This document shows positions 13,246 through 28,154 of a stretch of 64,000 nucleotides of DNA, piece after piece. The position numbers were made by a program, and so were the translations under genes. The DNA lies in the NCBI RefSeq assembly GCF_018977255.1, contig NW_024704742.1, positions 15,316,001 to 15,380,000 on the forward strand, given 5' to 3'. The notes beneath the pieces were generated by a model. That model was given only the letters and a program-made list of their open reading frames with translations, was not told where the DNA came from and did no database searches. The stretch comes from Callorhinchus milii. Its lineage: Eukaryota. Every line of letters begins with the position of its first letter. The stretch's first letter is position 1.

Positions 13246-15633
13246 TATTACCTAATCTGATAGCAACAATACCACCCCAATACATTCTGTGCAACACAAG
13301 AAGAAATGCTTGAATGTCATTTGACTGTATCATATACCCTGCAGGCAATGTACCATAAAGGACTATAGAGACCAAAGATAATTTACTCTTCCGGTCCATT
13401 AGAACCATCGATCGCCTCTAGAGAAAGGCATCAGCTCTCTATGCCATATCTGTGACCGAATGTAATCTTGATCCGGATTAACTTTTAATCATTTCTAAAT
13501 TGTATTTGGCACTTAGCTTCAATATTGCAAAAATCTGTTGATGTAGTGGCAATTTGCCCTAAAATATGGATGGTCAGGATACAGCTAATGCATTGATTCG
13601 ATCATATTATTGCGTTGCATCAGTCACTGACAAAGGGCAATGTATAATTTTACACTGCATCCGCACTGCTTCGAAACTGTTCATACAGAAATGTCAGTTA
13701 AATAATTGTAATTTATTTATTTCTCTTGCTCGGCAAACAAGACAGCTCAGATAGCTCACCAGGGTAGTCATTAAGTCTAGAACAGAGCACTGGGTGTTTT
13801 TAAACCTTCCATTCCATCATTTAGACTTTCACTGGCAGACTGAAACGCAGCAGGAAGTTAATAGCTGAAATTAGAGTTACAAAGTGCCCATCACTTGCTT
13901 TCCCTCACTGCCTTTTGTAGCACTCTCCCCAGCTCTGCCAAATGGAGCACTTGTTTAAACAACAGTCATAGTTGTGCCATCTGCAGTGTTAACTGTACAT
14001 CAGATCCCTGTGTTGTCTATTTATATTGCAATGACGATGACCCATACTTAGCCACTAATGACTTATGAGCATCATCAACAGTGACAAATATAAAGTCAGT
14101 ATCATTCCTCTCTTATGATGAAGCACAAAGGATTGTCTGGTGTAGCTCAAAATGGAATGCAAATGTCAGTAGTATTTTCTCTCAGTGTATGGAATGTCTG
14201 GAGTTAGTTTTTTAAAATAATTTACTTAAAACCATACACATTGCTGAGAAACTGATTCTGTTCGAGTTTGAAACATATTTAGAATTAATAAGTATTAAAG
14301 AAGCCAATTGATTAATTTTAATTGTAATTTTTCCCACCAATGTATATTCCTTTCATTTAAATATAGTGCCTTTCACGTCGGAAGGACATCTCAAAGTACT
14401 TCACAGGATATACTGCAAAGTGTCGAGCTGTATTTTGTAGGTGAATATTTCCCCATTCTCCATCTCCTTTCCTGAAGTCACCCAACACCTTTTCCTTCTA
14501 CTGTTTGACAGATTCACAGGTACTGGCCACCATGCAACCATTGTAAATATTACAGTCTGTTTTAGATTAAATCATAGCAAAGGCATATGTTTGGGGAGGG
14601 TGGTGGGGGCACTTGAATATGAAGCTCAAGGGATGCTGATGTATTCTCAGTTGCATTTACTGCCAGGTGTATATTGCAGCATTTCTGCCAACAGAAGCTC
14701 TATGTTATAACCCAAGCACCACTATTGCCACCATAGGTTGTTACTACTATGTCCAGTCCTATTTTTTACATCCCATCTCTAGAGCTGGTTTCAGGCTCAC
14801 TCTCACTGCCCCCAGGTATGCTCACTAATGTTTTTCCAGATAGATGAACTGAAACATGCAGCAGTTTAGCTGTTCCAGTGGAGAGATTTGTTTTCTCATC
14901 CAATCACACCTTTATTTAAGTACTGGAAAGGGACTGCCTAACAGGCATCTGATCATTTATGATGTTGTCATTGATTCAATCCCTGCAGTTATTGTGGACA
15001 TTACAAGGGAGGCACTCAGCGCTGTACACACAGCAGTGAGGCTGTGCACAGCAACAGCTGGAAAATACAGAACAGAAAAGCTTTTCCATTGATCGGTGAG
15101 ATGATCACAAAAGGCTATCAATTGAGATTATCCCAGAGGATAAAAAGGAAAATGTATGAAAATAAATGTTTCACACAGAGGGATGTTAGATTAGAGAATG
15201 CCTTACCACAAATCATTCCTTTAATGTCTAATTTATACTCAAAATTCTCCTGCTGATTTGTTGGGACAATATAGAACCATATTCAAATAATGTCTGTACA
15301 ACAAACAACATCAGTTCATCAGTATACAGATTGAATTATATGCATGCATCACAAAGGGGATAAAAAGAAAGCAGATAGCATTGGAAACTTCAGATTTTAG
15401 GCTAGAGGAGGTAATCTGACCACAATGAGGATTAACAAATCCAACTCAATGCACTTATTAGTCAATCGAGTAACACTTTCTATTCATTAAAGTGGTTAGA
15501 GCTCGTACTAAGGTTAATTAAGAGATATCTGAAGCCTTTAGCAAAAGGCTAAAGAGCCACTTGAGTGACCTAACACCCGAACACAAACACAGCCTGCTGT
15601 GCGAGAGCTGGAGAGAGGGCTGGGCTGCCTGAC

Positions 15634-15713
15634 CTTTCGATGCTCCTGTAGGTTTGCAGCCGACGAGCACTTCTTATTGCACACGGAGCACATCAGCCGC
15701 CTCCGAGAGTTTC
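15634..15713 (-). CDS. PRDM5: PRDM5 coding exon 8
   Basis: ttttttggctgcag|(G)[26 protein letters not shown]|gtcagg; 80 nt; phase 1-0. Confidence 0.95.
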
Positions 15714-16646
15714 CTGCAGCCAAAAAAGAAACACCAACACATTTTTAATCAGGAAGCACAAGAAAGGCCCCAAAACACATATGCTGAGATATTAGCATCC
15801 AGGGGTCTACTTGACAGACATTGAATGTCTGCGGCTTTACCTTACTCAGAAGGTATAGGGTTTCTGAGGATTTCAGGCTAAAGACTTTTGAAAAGTAAAG
15901 CAGCTGAAAATCATGCATTGGTTCCACAATCCATAGTGGCAAAAGCATTAGATTTTTCTGTTAATTTATGGCAATGACTAACGAATAAATTGAAAAAGAC
16001 ACTAAATGTTGCAAATCTATTGCCCGGTCCAAATCTATTGCTTCTTTACGTTTCATCAAATAGGCGGCAGTGCAGGAACTGCTGTTTGGAATCACTGCAG
16101 TACTTAAAAGATTGATTCACTGTGAGAGAGGAATCTCTACTTTGAATAGTTCAGGCTGGTGTTTCAAAAACACCAGCTACCAGAGAGCAACTGGCTCACA
16201 TCAAAGATGAGCAAAAGGTGAAACTACCATTAATTTTGGAAATAAAACTATGTCAAATAAATAAAATTGTTCAGAAGATAGAATTAAGAATTATTTTTAT
16301 TGGCTGTTAATTCCATAATTAAATTGCACTTGTATTTGCCTTGTACAAGTGTTTACACGCATTTCGAACAACTCTCATAATTGACCCCATGACTATTGGC
16401 TGGACATCTGAGATGCCTCTCTAAAGCTTACTCTGCTTGTCCATGCCCACGAGTTTATGTCACGCTTTATATACATTGCCACACACTGCTGTGAGCAAAA
16501 TGGTAATCGTGTTCGCATACATTATACACAGTCACGACACTTAATAGTATATCTTGTGAAGCATTTTGAGACTTCTCGACGACGTGTTAAAGTGCTATAT
16601 CAAATGTAAGCAATTATTATATTACTAAATGTTACTAACTAGCCAA

Positions 16647-16694
16647 AGAAAAGGAGTACTGACTGAAGAAAGGAGTACTGACTGAAGAAAGGAC
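16647..16694. repeat. 19-bp tandem repeat, about 2.5 copies
   Basis: (aagaaaggagtactgactg)n. Confidence 0.85.
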
Positions 16695-19600
16695 TTTGTT
16701 AAGATGACCTATGCATTGATTTAGTTTGAAGACTATAGGACATCAAATGCATTTTTCAAAAAAATCCCTTCAATAAAGGAATGATATTCATCTATTAGAT
16801 CTGCTGTGTTCAGCTATGGCAATTAATCATGACACCTATACCAAAACATTACACCACAGGTCAAAGGTTGGTTACCAGATGTACTTTGCTTCCTGTTCTC
16901 AACTGGTTCAAGGAGTGATGGACCGTTCAGCTAAGTATCAAGACCTGCTTTCAGTTCAAGGACAAATGAGCATCTGTTTGGTGCTTCCGTGTATATTATA
17001 TATGTAATATACAGTAGCTTCTCCTAGTGGCGACCTTTTCTGATTTTCTTTGTATGCTTTGTTTTGAGATCGATAGGTGCTCATGAACAAATTGGAGCTT
17101 GAAATGTTTCAAAGTTGCTGTGAAATGTGAGGATACTCAGACCTGAGAACAAATGGGTGTTTATTGGGGATTTCCGGTGAACTCTGTAGACAGAAATGAA
17201 AACACTCAATCTTTCCCATGTCAATGGAGCCAGGATCAGACCAAACATCTCCATCTCTGCAGCTTTCTCTCCATCCATGGAGACCAAACAATTTACCTAT
17301 TTGTGGCTTTCACTTGATTTCAGTGGGGAAGAAAGGAGGTTGTCGATACTTCAGGTTACAGCAAGTGGAGCATCTGATGCCTTTGGTTGGCTAACAAAAT
17401 ATTTTTTTCTTGATTGAATATGTCTTGATTTATGCAGTTGGCCAACCAAAAAGGTTTATGCCATAAATCAAGAAATATTCAATCAAGAAAAACCTGGAAA
17501 TATACTACCCAATCGAACACAGACTTACTTCAACTAATGCGAATGCTTGGGGGCTGCTTCTTGACGGCCCCTCGGACCGGAAACGTTGGTCGGCACTGGC
17601 CTAAACTGTACAAGTTCCAAATCCTGATGTGGACTTAAATCCAAACCGTTTGACTCAGAGGAGAGATTGCTACCAACTGAACCAGATTGACCCACAATGT
17701 TTTCTGATCTCACTTCTAACCGTCCTAGTTCTAAATTACTGTAGTAGGCAAGTTATGTAACTGTGCATTTCAAATTATTTATAGATTTTGTTCAATAAAA
17801 AAAATATTAAAAACCTGGAACACCAGAAGGCAGCTTCCCTTTTGGTTCCTTTTGTGAATCCAACTTGAATTCAATCAATACATTACTGATTCTGCTCTGT
17901 GAGGAGACCAGACATAGCCTTCACAGCCTTGATCCACACCATTTTAATTTACAAGAACAATACACACTGCTCAGTACTTCCATCGACTATTAGAAACAAG
18001 CTATTGAATAATTCAGAGGTCAGATTTTCAAATTATGGCTTCCAAAGCCAGTTTTGAACTTCAAATCCACCAAGCTTGATTAAAACATATGTCCCTAAGA
18101 CCAGAAAGGACTCTGATAATATGCCAAATGGGGAGAAGAGTCACCCTCATTTTAAGGCATTAGATACCAAAATCTGTTAGCATTTCCACCCCCCCCACCC
18201 CTCCCTTACTCCCCGCCATTAGGGATTGAAAATAAATAATAATAATAATAATTTGGTCACTCAATCCACGACAATTGGCTTCCGCGTTTCGCCCACAAAA
18301 TACAGTCAATTCACTTTACAGTATATTCTGTGAAGTACCTTGAGACGTCTCAAAGACATGATAAAAAGCTATATCAAATGCAAGGATTATTATTATTATT
18401 ATTATTATTGTTATATAGATAGATATCCTCAACAAACAGATCACCAGGAACCAAAGAGATGGTAACAATCCAGAGAGATCACAAAAAAAAGTACAAACAA
18501 CTCCATTACTATACTGCTAGGGATCCTGCCTATCTCCTGACCCCATGGATCAAGTACACACAGACTCCATGAATAATCTCATGACTAAAGTCCAGCCACG
18601 TTCTATTACGCCCACACCACGTGGTAAAGGTTTAGGTGAATGCTCTCACTACTTAGAACAGCCCGGAGAGAAGCACAAACCCCGCCCCCCAGATCATCCA
18701 AGAGCGTCTGCACAATCCATCAAACCACGACCACTGGAACAGATACAAATGAAAATCATTCATCATTCGCCTGCAATTTCACTCAGTAGCACCTGTACAA
18801 ATGACAATTTTAACATGTAACAAGCCATGTGCCCTCTGAGCACAATTACTATTCAGAAGCACAAGCGGGATAACTAAAAAGCACATTTGGAGTCAAAACT
18901 GGTTAAAACTGGATTTTCTCCCCCAAAAAGATCAAGTAAGCTAGCATGCCGCCTCACAATGATATTTGACTGGACTCACTGTATATAGATGTTCACAATT
19001 GAGACTCATTCTAAATATCTACCACATTTTCCCAAATGTAATCACTAAATAATAATAATAATCCTTGCATTTGATATAGCCCCTTATCACATCTTTGAGA
19101 CGTCTCAAGGTGTTTCACAGAATATACATCAAAGTGAATCGACTGTATATTTTGTTCACGAAATAACAGTGATTTTAGAGCTTAGTGTCTTTTGATCATA
19201 AAATAATCCTTGTATTTGATCAGTACCTTTTGCTTCAATAGGAAGTCTCAAAGCACTTTCACATAGTTTATTATAAAGTGTTGCGACTGTGTTGTCCCTG
19301 TGTAGGCAAAATGTTTAACTGTTTGTATAACGGTGGGAGGATTGTGGATGGGTTTCGCCTTAGTAATGTCACTGAAATACTTCACAGACACATTGCAGAT
19401 CAGAATCAGCACAATTCAAGCTAGTCTGGGATTTCCACTTGGGATCCTTGACTCACCCTGAGCCCCTGGAGCCAGATATCCATTTAAACTAATTCCTTCC
19501 ACGTAATTGTATCTGCCTTTTCCTATATCAAAATCCTAAACAAGGTTGCTCCTATTTTAAAGTCATTTCCTTTTGTTTTCTAAATATTCTGAGCAGACCT

Positions 19601-20934
19601 CTCTGGATAGCCTTTCAGAAGTTAATTTGATGAAGATGCTGGTGCCAAGCTTTTAGGAATTTCTACCAAGATGCTTTTTAATTGAAGAAAGCAGGAGAGC
19701 ATTTATCAATGATAATAATTATCCTTGCATTTGAAATAGCGCTTCATCATGTCGTTGAGAAGTCTCAAAGCGTTTCTCAGAATATACTGTAAAGTGGATT
19801 CACTGTCTATTTTGCGGGCTAAACAAAGCAAAGGAATGAAAATTGAGAACACAAGAGAATCGGCAGAAAAGTTAAGGATTGTTTTTGGTGTTGCACCAGT
19901 TGCTCTCCATTGCTATGCGGCAGGATGCTTTGCATTGACTAATCTTTCAGGGCTGTTTATAACAGAGTTATATTGCTCAGTTCTCGTCAGAAATTCATTA
20001 TTCTCAAAGTCCATCCTATGCATTCTTCTGCAGGTCGGATAGTGACAGTGAAACTGTGTTCTGTAATGTTTAGTGCTCAGCTATTCTCCTCAGCAGCTGC
20101 TAATAAAGCAGATCATTTCCAGCTCAACTTTCACTTTCAGATTAACCACGCTGCTGTTTTCCAGAATAATAACATGTTTGCCTACAAATGCAGTCACTAC
20201 ACTTCACAGTAAATCCTGGGAAATGCTTTGAGAGGTTTTGATGATGTGATAAAGTGCTGTATCAAATGTAAGTATAATTATTATAGAACCTGCTGCTTCC
20301 GCAATCTAAAACAATAATAATAATGTGGTCATTCAATCCACGACAGTTTGTGAGACACCGCTGTATGCAATTGGCTGCCACGTTTCGCCCACAAAATTTA
20401 CAGTCAATTCACGTTACGATGTATTATGTGAAACGCTTTGAGATGTCTCAAAGACATAATAAGGCCCTATATCAAGTGCAAGGATTATTATTATCATATA
20501 AAATCAAATCTGGAACAAACAAAGACATCACAGTTGGAGCACAAGCTTTCTCACTTGTCAGAGGTAGGATATGAGTTTCAGATACTCATAAGATCAGTTC
20601 GGTTGAAGAAGGCCCTTCAACCCATCTGATCTCATTCCTTGAGAATTCTCACCCTCCCATCCTCCCATCATAACACTAAGCTGCCTTTTGAATGAGTTCA
20701 ATGTCCTGGCCTTAACCACCCTCCCTGGCAACAATTCCTGGTTAATTTCCCTCTGAGAACAAATATTCCATCAGATTTCAATGATGAATGTTTTAAATAT
20801 ATGATAATACATTTGCTTAATGAAGAATTAAAAGAACATCCCAAATTCTGTTGTCGAGTTTTACAATGTGAACAATTATGACAATGCTCCTTTAATTCAT
20901 TGCAAGCAGGGAATTCTTTGCTTCGCGGTCTTAC

Positions 20935-21056
20935 CTGTGTGTACATTTTCTTTGTGTTTCTTCAGGGCATCTTTGCTCTTGAACCTTTTCCCGCAGCTGT
21001 CAGCCTTGCAAACAAACCTGGCATCCCCTTTGCAGGCTTCTTTATGCTGCTCAAAA
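20935..21056 (-). CDS. PRDM5: PRDM5 coding exon 7
   Basis: ctgcag|(S)[40 protein letters not shown](G)|gtaaga; 122 nt; phase 2-1. Confidence 0.96.
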
Positions 21057-21311
21057 CTGCAGTAGACAGTCGGTAAGAGCCACAATGAAATACAAAACGT
21101 AGCACCATTCTGCATGCAGACTTGGTTTAATACATGCCACACAGCCTAATCTCCGAGTTCACCATGCTTTGCCCAACTGAGACAGAAGAAGCAGAAAGTA
21201 ATAATTTACTATTTTGTTTTAAACTGAATGCAAACTGCCAGGTTTGAAACAAGCAATGCAGCCAGAAGCAAGGGGAAAAAAGACTACAAAATGGGCAACA
21301 GTGTACAAAAC

Positions 21312-21404
21312 CTTGACTCGGAGCTGAAGGAGGTACTGCAGACTGCACATTGATAACTTTGCGAAGGGTCTCCAGGAATAACATTTTCTGTGCACTGTAG
21401 AACA
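21312..21404 (-). CDS. PRDM5: PRDM5 coding exon 6 (symmetric, 93 nt)
   Basis: ttttaatctag|(H)VLQCTENVIPGDPSQSYQCAVCSTSFSSES(S)|gttttg; phase 2-2; resembles the VLQC...QCSVC segment of PRDM5. Confidence 0.9.
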
Positions 21405-22930
21405 CTAGATTAAAAATAGAACAAGTACAAAATATTAATTATTAAAAAATATCCAAAGACAACAATAACTTGCATTTATATAGCGCCCTTCATCTGGGGT
21501 AGCATCTTGGCGTGCCAATCGGTACAACCACATGTGTATTAAATCAAATCTAGGTATCCAAAAACATTTAGGAAAAATCAGATCATGATTTTCACTATTG
21601 CAGTGGCATTTCTACAGCAAGGTTTTTTTGTGTGTCTGAAGGAAATTTGTGAAAATACAATCAATATTGCACCAATGTCAATTTGTTACTTGATGATCTG
21701 GGCTTCCATTCTGGAAGCATTTCAAAGCACAATAACATGCACATAATACATGGGAGGGGGCATGATCGTGTTATCATTCCATGAATATAGGTGTCAGAGT
21801 AAGTGAAACAAACTCATCAAATACCATGGCTGTGAAGACACCTACGATGACACCAAGCTATGTCCAAGCACCTCACTGGATCACATCAGTTACGGCCTTT
21901 AAAATGTCTTGGCACCAAGGTGGTTGGATGCACTTTCACAACATAAGTAATAGGATTATGCTTTCAGTGAGACACTGAACAATAAAAAAAATTCAGCTGT
22001 CAAAAACCTATCCATAGGTTCAATGCACACGAGTTTCTGTGCTGGGGTCACTCACTGAATATCTTTGGTATTCAGAGCAGCTACCAACTGCATTTCTTTC
22101 ACTTGAGACGTGGGCTTTCAGAAATAAGTAACTTTCTGTCTTCAACAGTAGAACAAAAGGATAACAAACTACTGCAATTGCTGCAGCCTGAATTTAGAGT
22201 GTAAGAACAACTACTTGCATTTACATAGTACCTTTCATTTCGGTTAAGGTCTCGGTGTGCTTCATAGTGGAGGGATCTGGACCCAAAGCAAGGGAGAAGG
22301 GGGAGATGACCATAAACACCGTCAAAGAGATAGGTTTCAAGTCGGGATTTAAAGACAGATAGAGGCAGTGAAAAAGAGGCATGGAGTTCCAGAAGCTATT
22401 ATAACTTGGAAGATGCTATACCAGATGTAAGAATCATTATTATTAAATGGGATTTTTTTTAGTCAGTTGAGTGTCTGACACACGCGGAAACCCATCGCCA
22501 TGCTTAAGAGTTTCCAACCAAACAAAGTCCCACCTTCACATAGAAATGTCCTTGTGTATTGAAGTGGAATTCCGGAGATTATTAGGCACAGCCTAGTTAC
22601 AGCCAAGACTTGTGGACTTCAGAGTGTGATTTGGGGTACTGCTGGAGCTTAATCAGCTAAAAACGCAAAGCTTGCGATTAAATAGGACTGAGAAAATAAA
22701 CTCATAACATTAATTTCAAATATAGAGGAGAGGATATAGTTTAGTATTCTGTTGCAGAGAGCTGTCGTAGGCATAATGGGACAAATGGCTTCCTTCTCGA
22801 CTGAAAAACTCTAAGACTCTAGTTTTGCTATATTTGAGCTCGTATAATATGAAAATATAAAATTGAGATTAAATTATGAATTCAACAGAAAACTTTAGCC
22901 ATTGCAGTTTGGTGCAGCCAGTACACATGC

Positions 22931-23256
22931 AATAATAATCCTTGCATTTAATATAGCACTTTTCACGTCTTCTAGACATCTCAAAGCACTTCACAGAGTA
23001 TATTGTAAAGTGAACTGACTGTATTTTTGTGGGCGAAACGCGGCAACCAATTGCACACAGCAGTGTCCCACAAACAGTCGTGGATTGAAGTGAACAATTT
23101 ATTGTTGNTTTTTTTCTTGAGGGATTATCATCAGGTGCGTGGAGTAAGGAAACTTGCCCAAGGTTTCGCCCTGCTGGGAATCGAACTCAGGTCTCTCACG
23201 TGCGAGGTGAGTGCTCTAATATGACAAAGGCTCTAACTACTGAGCTACAGGACTCC
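22931..23256 (-). mobile_element. tRNA-derived SINE, near full length
   Basis: GGAGTCCTGTAGCTCAGT head, gagttcgattcc B-box, L2-like tail. Confidence 0.9.
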
Positions 23257-26173
23257 TTACAGGAGCTACATACAGCATTGCTGCTATAAAATACAGCAGA
23301 ACAGCAGCTTTATGGCAATAGTTCACATCACATCAGTCCACAATACCACTTTATCAAAGTAAATTTGCCTCAACGTGAAATCTTCCAACAAAAATACCAA
23401 CAATTTTAAAGAAAACTATTTGAGATAAAGAGAAAGAGAAAGCCACAGACCTAGACTCACTGACTATGAACAGAGATATCATTATGACTAAGAACAAAAT
23501 ATATGAACAAAATTCCAAGAAAACATTTGAAAGAGATGAAGGAGAATGGTATAGACCTACACTTGCAGACTGTGACAAGTGCCCAGTGACACTACTGTCC
23601 AGATGGAGACATGAGATCTGATCACTGAATGAGTTACAGGAAGGTAACCATCTACACCTGTACTCCAGATTACCTTTAAAGGGGAATACTCAATCTAACA
23701 GACATTTGAGCGACGTAGCAGTGGATGCTTATTCCCCATGGAGCCGTCTCTCAGTAGAAAAGAAAGGTAGTCAAGGATGTCTTCAGGAGAGAGAAGAGAA
23801 TTGGAGGAGGGAAGATTTATGTGATGGAAAATGTTGTTCCAGAAAATGACAAAATGTACTATCTGATATTTCTCACCTCGCCTTAATGGGCACATTATCT
23901 CCCCCCCGCCGGGTTATACCGTCCCTTTCAATAGCATCAAATCTCTTAAATCCTTCACACAGATAAGGGTTGTAGGTAGGGGATCTGGCTCTGTGAAAGT
24001 TTGGCCTCAGTCCCAACTTTCTTTGCTACTGAGCCATGAAATGGCCAATATGTTTAAGCAACGTCAGAGCTGTCAGCCTGTATGTCAAATACCTGCCTGT
24101 CATTCCAGCCTAGTATTTTACAGTTATGTATCCTACAGGAGGTTTTATGAGACGCCAATTGAAGCATCCAGATGGCTGCTGAGATGCCCCCTGAGAAGGA
24201 TGTGGAACACTGACGATAAATGGCTTGAAACATCTAATAATCAAAGAATGCCACTCAATGATCTGCTTCAAAGTGAGGTTGAGCAAACCATTTGTACTTA
24301 CCCGCATACATATTTTATAAAGAAATGAGTGCAGATTTGCAAGGAGGTCACAAGGCTGCTAGCAAAGAAGGGGTTCAGATAATTCATAACTTTAAACAAT
24401 AGGGGTATAACTATATTGATGGCTGTTTAGTGATATTTCTGAAGACAGTTTTTTTAAAAATCCTTTAAGAAATACTGCAAAATTCATCCCATTTTCCATA
24501 ACCTGAAATTGGATTTAAGCTTTAAACTCTTTTTCTGGCATTTATTTTAGTACAGTGAGCTCTACAGAGCAAGCAAGGCTTGCTGAATTGCAGTGCTAAC
24601 ATGGTTTCGATATAATTTTATAGTTGTTTTAAAAAATATATTTGCAAGGTTATTGAGCACATATTTTATGCATCAAATAACATCTGTCTGAGGGTACAAT
24701 TGAAAAGCTATTAAAAGCGATCACAACGGTCTGAATAAATAGTCCAATTCCACTGATCCTAATGTTATTGACTGCACAAGATTCCCTTGGTCTGTGTTAG
24801 CACATCTACTCCTTTGAGGCAGATGAAGGCAGTGTTGTACGAAAGACCCTGCAGCTAGAATTAATTCAACAATAAATTGATTGAAAAAGAAATAAAACTA
24901 ATTTATTTATTGTGGAATGAAGGTATTAATCCCAGTATTTTATTGTGTGCTGCAGTTATCTTCAACAAACAGAAAATCTCATTCAAAAGAAAACAGCTTC
25001 AAAACTCAAATACTCATGTTTTCTCAAATTGCTGTTAAAATCAATGTGCTATCAGACACATTCCTTCAGGAGATGTACATTACAACCAAACAGTCTCATT
25101 ATGATGAGGAAACAAGCTCCATCAGACTGGTGTTCTGTTAGAGGAGCTGCCAGAGTGATATGACTGCAAAATTCACTATACAGTCACAAACCATTACTGC
25201 AATCCTATTCTGTGCCATTCAGAGATGCAGAATCCATCTATGTATAGCCATTTTACCTGAAGCTACATAGAAATACATAGAGTTTTCAGTACAGAAACAG
25301 GCCATTTTGCCCAGCCAGCTTATGCCCGTACAGTTCACATCAACCTCCATCCCTCCACTATACCCCTCTGATCCTCAAAATTGATGCAAACAGTTTTACG
25401 GTAGATGGCAATAAACAGTTTTAATACAAAAATGGAGCACTTTGCTTGAGTCAACAATTCTTTGACAGTGAATGCTTGCAACCTCTTTCTGAAATTTTGA
25501 AGGACTCAAACAAACTCTCCAACCACTAAGTATAAATTAGATAATTTTTACATGGTTAGCCAAATTTGTCACCATCTGATACACGTGGAACCCAGGAGCA
25601 TACTTAAGAGTATCCAAACCACACTGGGCATTCCAAATGTGTATGCCCCTTGTATTTTCCAACAACAACTTGCATTTATATAGAGTCCTCCATGCTGGAT
25701 GGTGTCTCAGAACACTTACGTTCAAAGTCCCCTCTCAAGCAGTGCAAAGACATAATATTGTATTTGGGGAAACCATTAAAATGTCCTACTGAGTGGCCCG
25801 ATGTTGAAGATTGATGATTGAAGTGCACAAGATTCTCAGATGAGTCTACCCACATCACAATAATATCTGCAAACAGAAATACCTCAATTCTTCTGGAAAT
25901 GAGGGTCCCAGTCTAACACTTAGTATTTATAAAACAACGTAAAGGGGAAATCTGAAATAGAGCTAGGCCAATATCATTTCAGTTGCTTTTGTCCCTCAGA
26001 AAACTTGAGCTGGTGAATAGTTCCCAAGATAAAATTCGAGGCTCACTTCATGGCTGTCTGTGAGACATTGCTGTGTGCAAATTGGCTGTTGGTTTCACCT
26101 ACACTTCACAGTAAAACCTTTAAAGCTCTTTCAGGCATCTCAACCATGTTATTATCTCTGATGCTCTACTTAC

Positions 26174-26348
26174 TGTCTCTGCAAAGCCTGTTTCACAGGG
26201 AATTTCTTCCCACAGTTTCTGCACTTGAATTCTTTTTCTTCGCTTGGCTTCTGGTGTAGAGTCTGCAGGTGTTCAGCCAGAATCTCCTGGCTTCGAAAAC
26301 TGCTCTCACAATGGGGACAAGCATAGTCTTCTTTACTACTCAAAGTTT
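26174..26348 (-). CDS. PRDM5: PRDM5 coding exon 5 (zinc finger 1 and most of finger 2)
   Basis: ag|(E)[57 protein letters not shown](H)|gtaagt; 175 nt; phase 1-2. Confidence 0.95.
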
Positions 26349-27153
26349 CTACATGGGCAGAAAACAGATGATAAGTTCTCTGGGAGGTGGACTGTAAACC
26401 TACTCAAGCAGTTTTAAAAGACAGGCACATTGTAAGGGAATAAGTGAAAATCTAACAATTCATTGCACTGTCTTGGCAAATACTATTTATAAAAAATATG
26501 TACAGGATTGGCACCACTCCAATAGTGGGCACTGACTACAGTGGTGTTCTGTTGTAATGTGGTAGACCAGCATTGACAGGACCCAACCACTAGTTAATGC
26601 TTCCACGATTACTGCACATGAAAGACAGCTGGCTCCATCGGTGCATCAAAATACCAGACAGCAAAACATCATGACTGACCTCTGGGTCGTCAAGCTACTT
26701 CCTGAATGCAAAACCTGTAAGAAAATGCATGTTATAGGAAAATGCATTACCATGAAGTTCCACTGAATAAAGGTAACTTAAGGTGCTGACTGAAACCGGT
26801 AGAAACGCAGTCACCTTGAGTTACTGCCTTTCACTTTTTAAATAAATGTTTGCCTCCTTTATCCACAGGGCCCCAACTGCAATTAGTTCAGGCTTTCCTG
26901 GCACAGGAACTGCACTTGCTATTGTGTTGTTGAGGTACAGTTTGAACACTATAAAACAAAGCAATCTTAAACATATGTTTGGTAGAACAAAGCAATTTGT
27001 AGCACCACACTGGTACTGCAGTCAGTGTTGAAATGAATTCAACTGTAAATGACAAGGAAATCCTAAAAATGGGTTAACGCAGAGGGGATTGTAGAACCTC
27101 AGCTCTCAACTGAGTTTAATGCCGACTTTCACGATAGAGCCCATGTCCAGTAC

Positions 27154-27325
27154 CTTTATCACTAGCTGGCTGTATCTCTTTGGAATTTTCTTCATCGTCT
27201 TTGTTGACTATTTCTTCCTCTTCTTCCTCTTCTATTTCCTCCATATCGCTATCCAAGTAACCGATCAGTAGTTCTGTGTCTGTTTCAATGTCATCTACGG
27301 CCAAATAAAAGATGTTCTCTCCTTC
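27154..27325 (-). CDS. PRDM5: PRDM5 coding exon 4 (end of PR/SET plus acidic linker)
   Basis: ttttcag|[57 protein letters not shown]+G|gtactg; 172 nt; phase 0-1. Confidence 0.96.
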
Positions 27326-28154
27326 CTGAAAACAATGGGAAAGCAGTAATGTACATGGTGCCATCACTTCAACATTGGAGGTCACTCGGTGGAAAGGTTA
27401 CTGTGGATCCAGTTCTTTGCCAGATTCAACATGTGATCAACAAACAACTAAAACAATTAGTGCTCATATAGTGTGCTTTCCACAGGGAAAATATCTTAAA
27501 GCACTTTACAGAGATAGAATGGGAGCACGACCTAAGAGGGAGAAGGAGGGGTAGAGTTTGATGGCTGAAGGCACAGACAAAGAGAAAGGTTTTGACAGTA
27601 GAGTGGGTGGAAGACAGAGGGATTTCAGAAGAGAATTCCACCTTGTGGGTGCAATGTGAAGCAAAGCCATGATGGCATTTGAAGGTAAGGACCTTAATGT
27701 AATTAAACTTGTGGCTACATCCTGTAATAGTCCTCAGATCTGACCTGGGTTGGTGGGCAGAGGCTTCAGAGAACATAATCTAGTGTACAGTAATCATAAT
27801 CATTATCTGGAGAGGTTTTCAAAACCAAAACTCTAATTTCAAGCTCACTCATGTCAAACCACTGTACACAGCTCACCACTTCTGTGTTATACAGTATCTG
27901 GGGAACAGATCCCATTTGCTGCGTGAATTTTGACATACACTTGAATAAAGGACAAACAGTGCAAATGGAAATGATTTACTGCAAGATTGATTCATTTGCA
28001 GTTTTTTTAACAATATAAGTAATCATCTCTAAAGTTTCTGATCAGTCTAAACAGACGATATACAGTACAACTTACAACCCCATTACAAAGCTATTTGTTA
28101 TCACATAGGTTTGTTTATAGTGGGAACTGTGTGAAGTATATTCATTGCAGCCAG

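Noticed and set aside
13780..14010. Repeat-free stretches that look like conserved noncoding elements (also about 19900-20170)
   Set aside because: Conservation cannot be judged without alignments
23993..24328. 111-aa plus-strand ORF with an acceptor-like site
   Set aside because: No recognisable homology and no partner exons found
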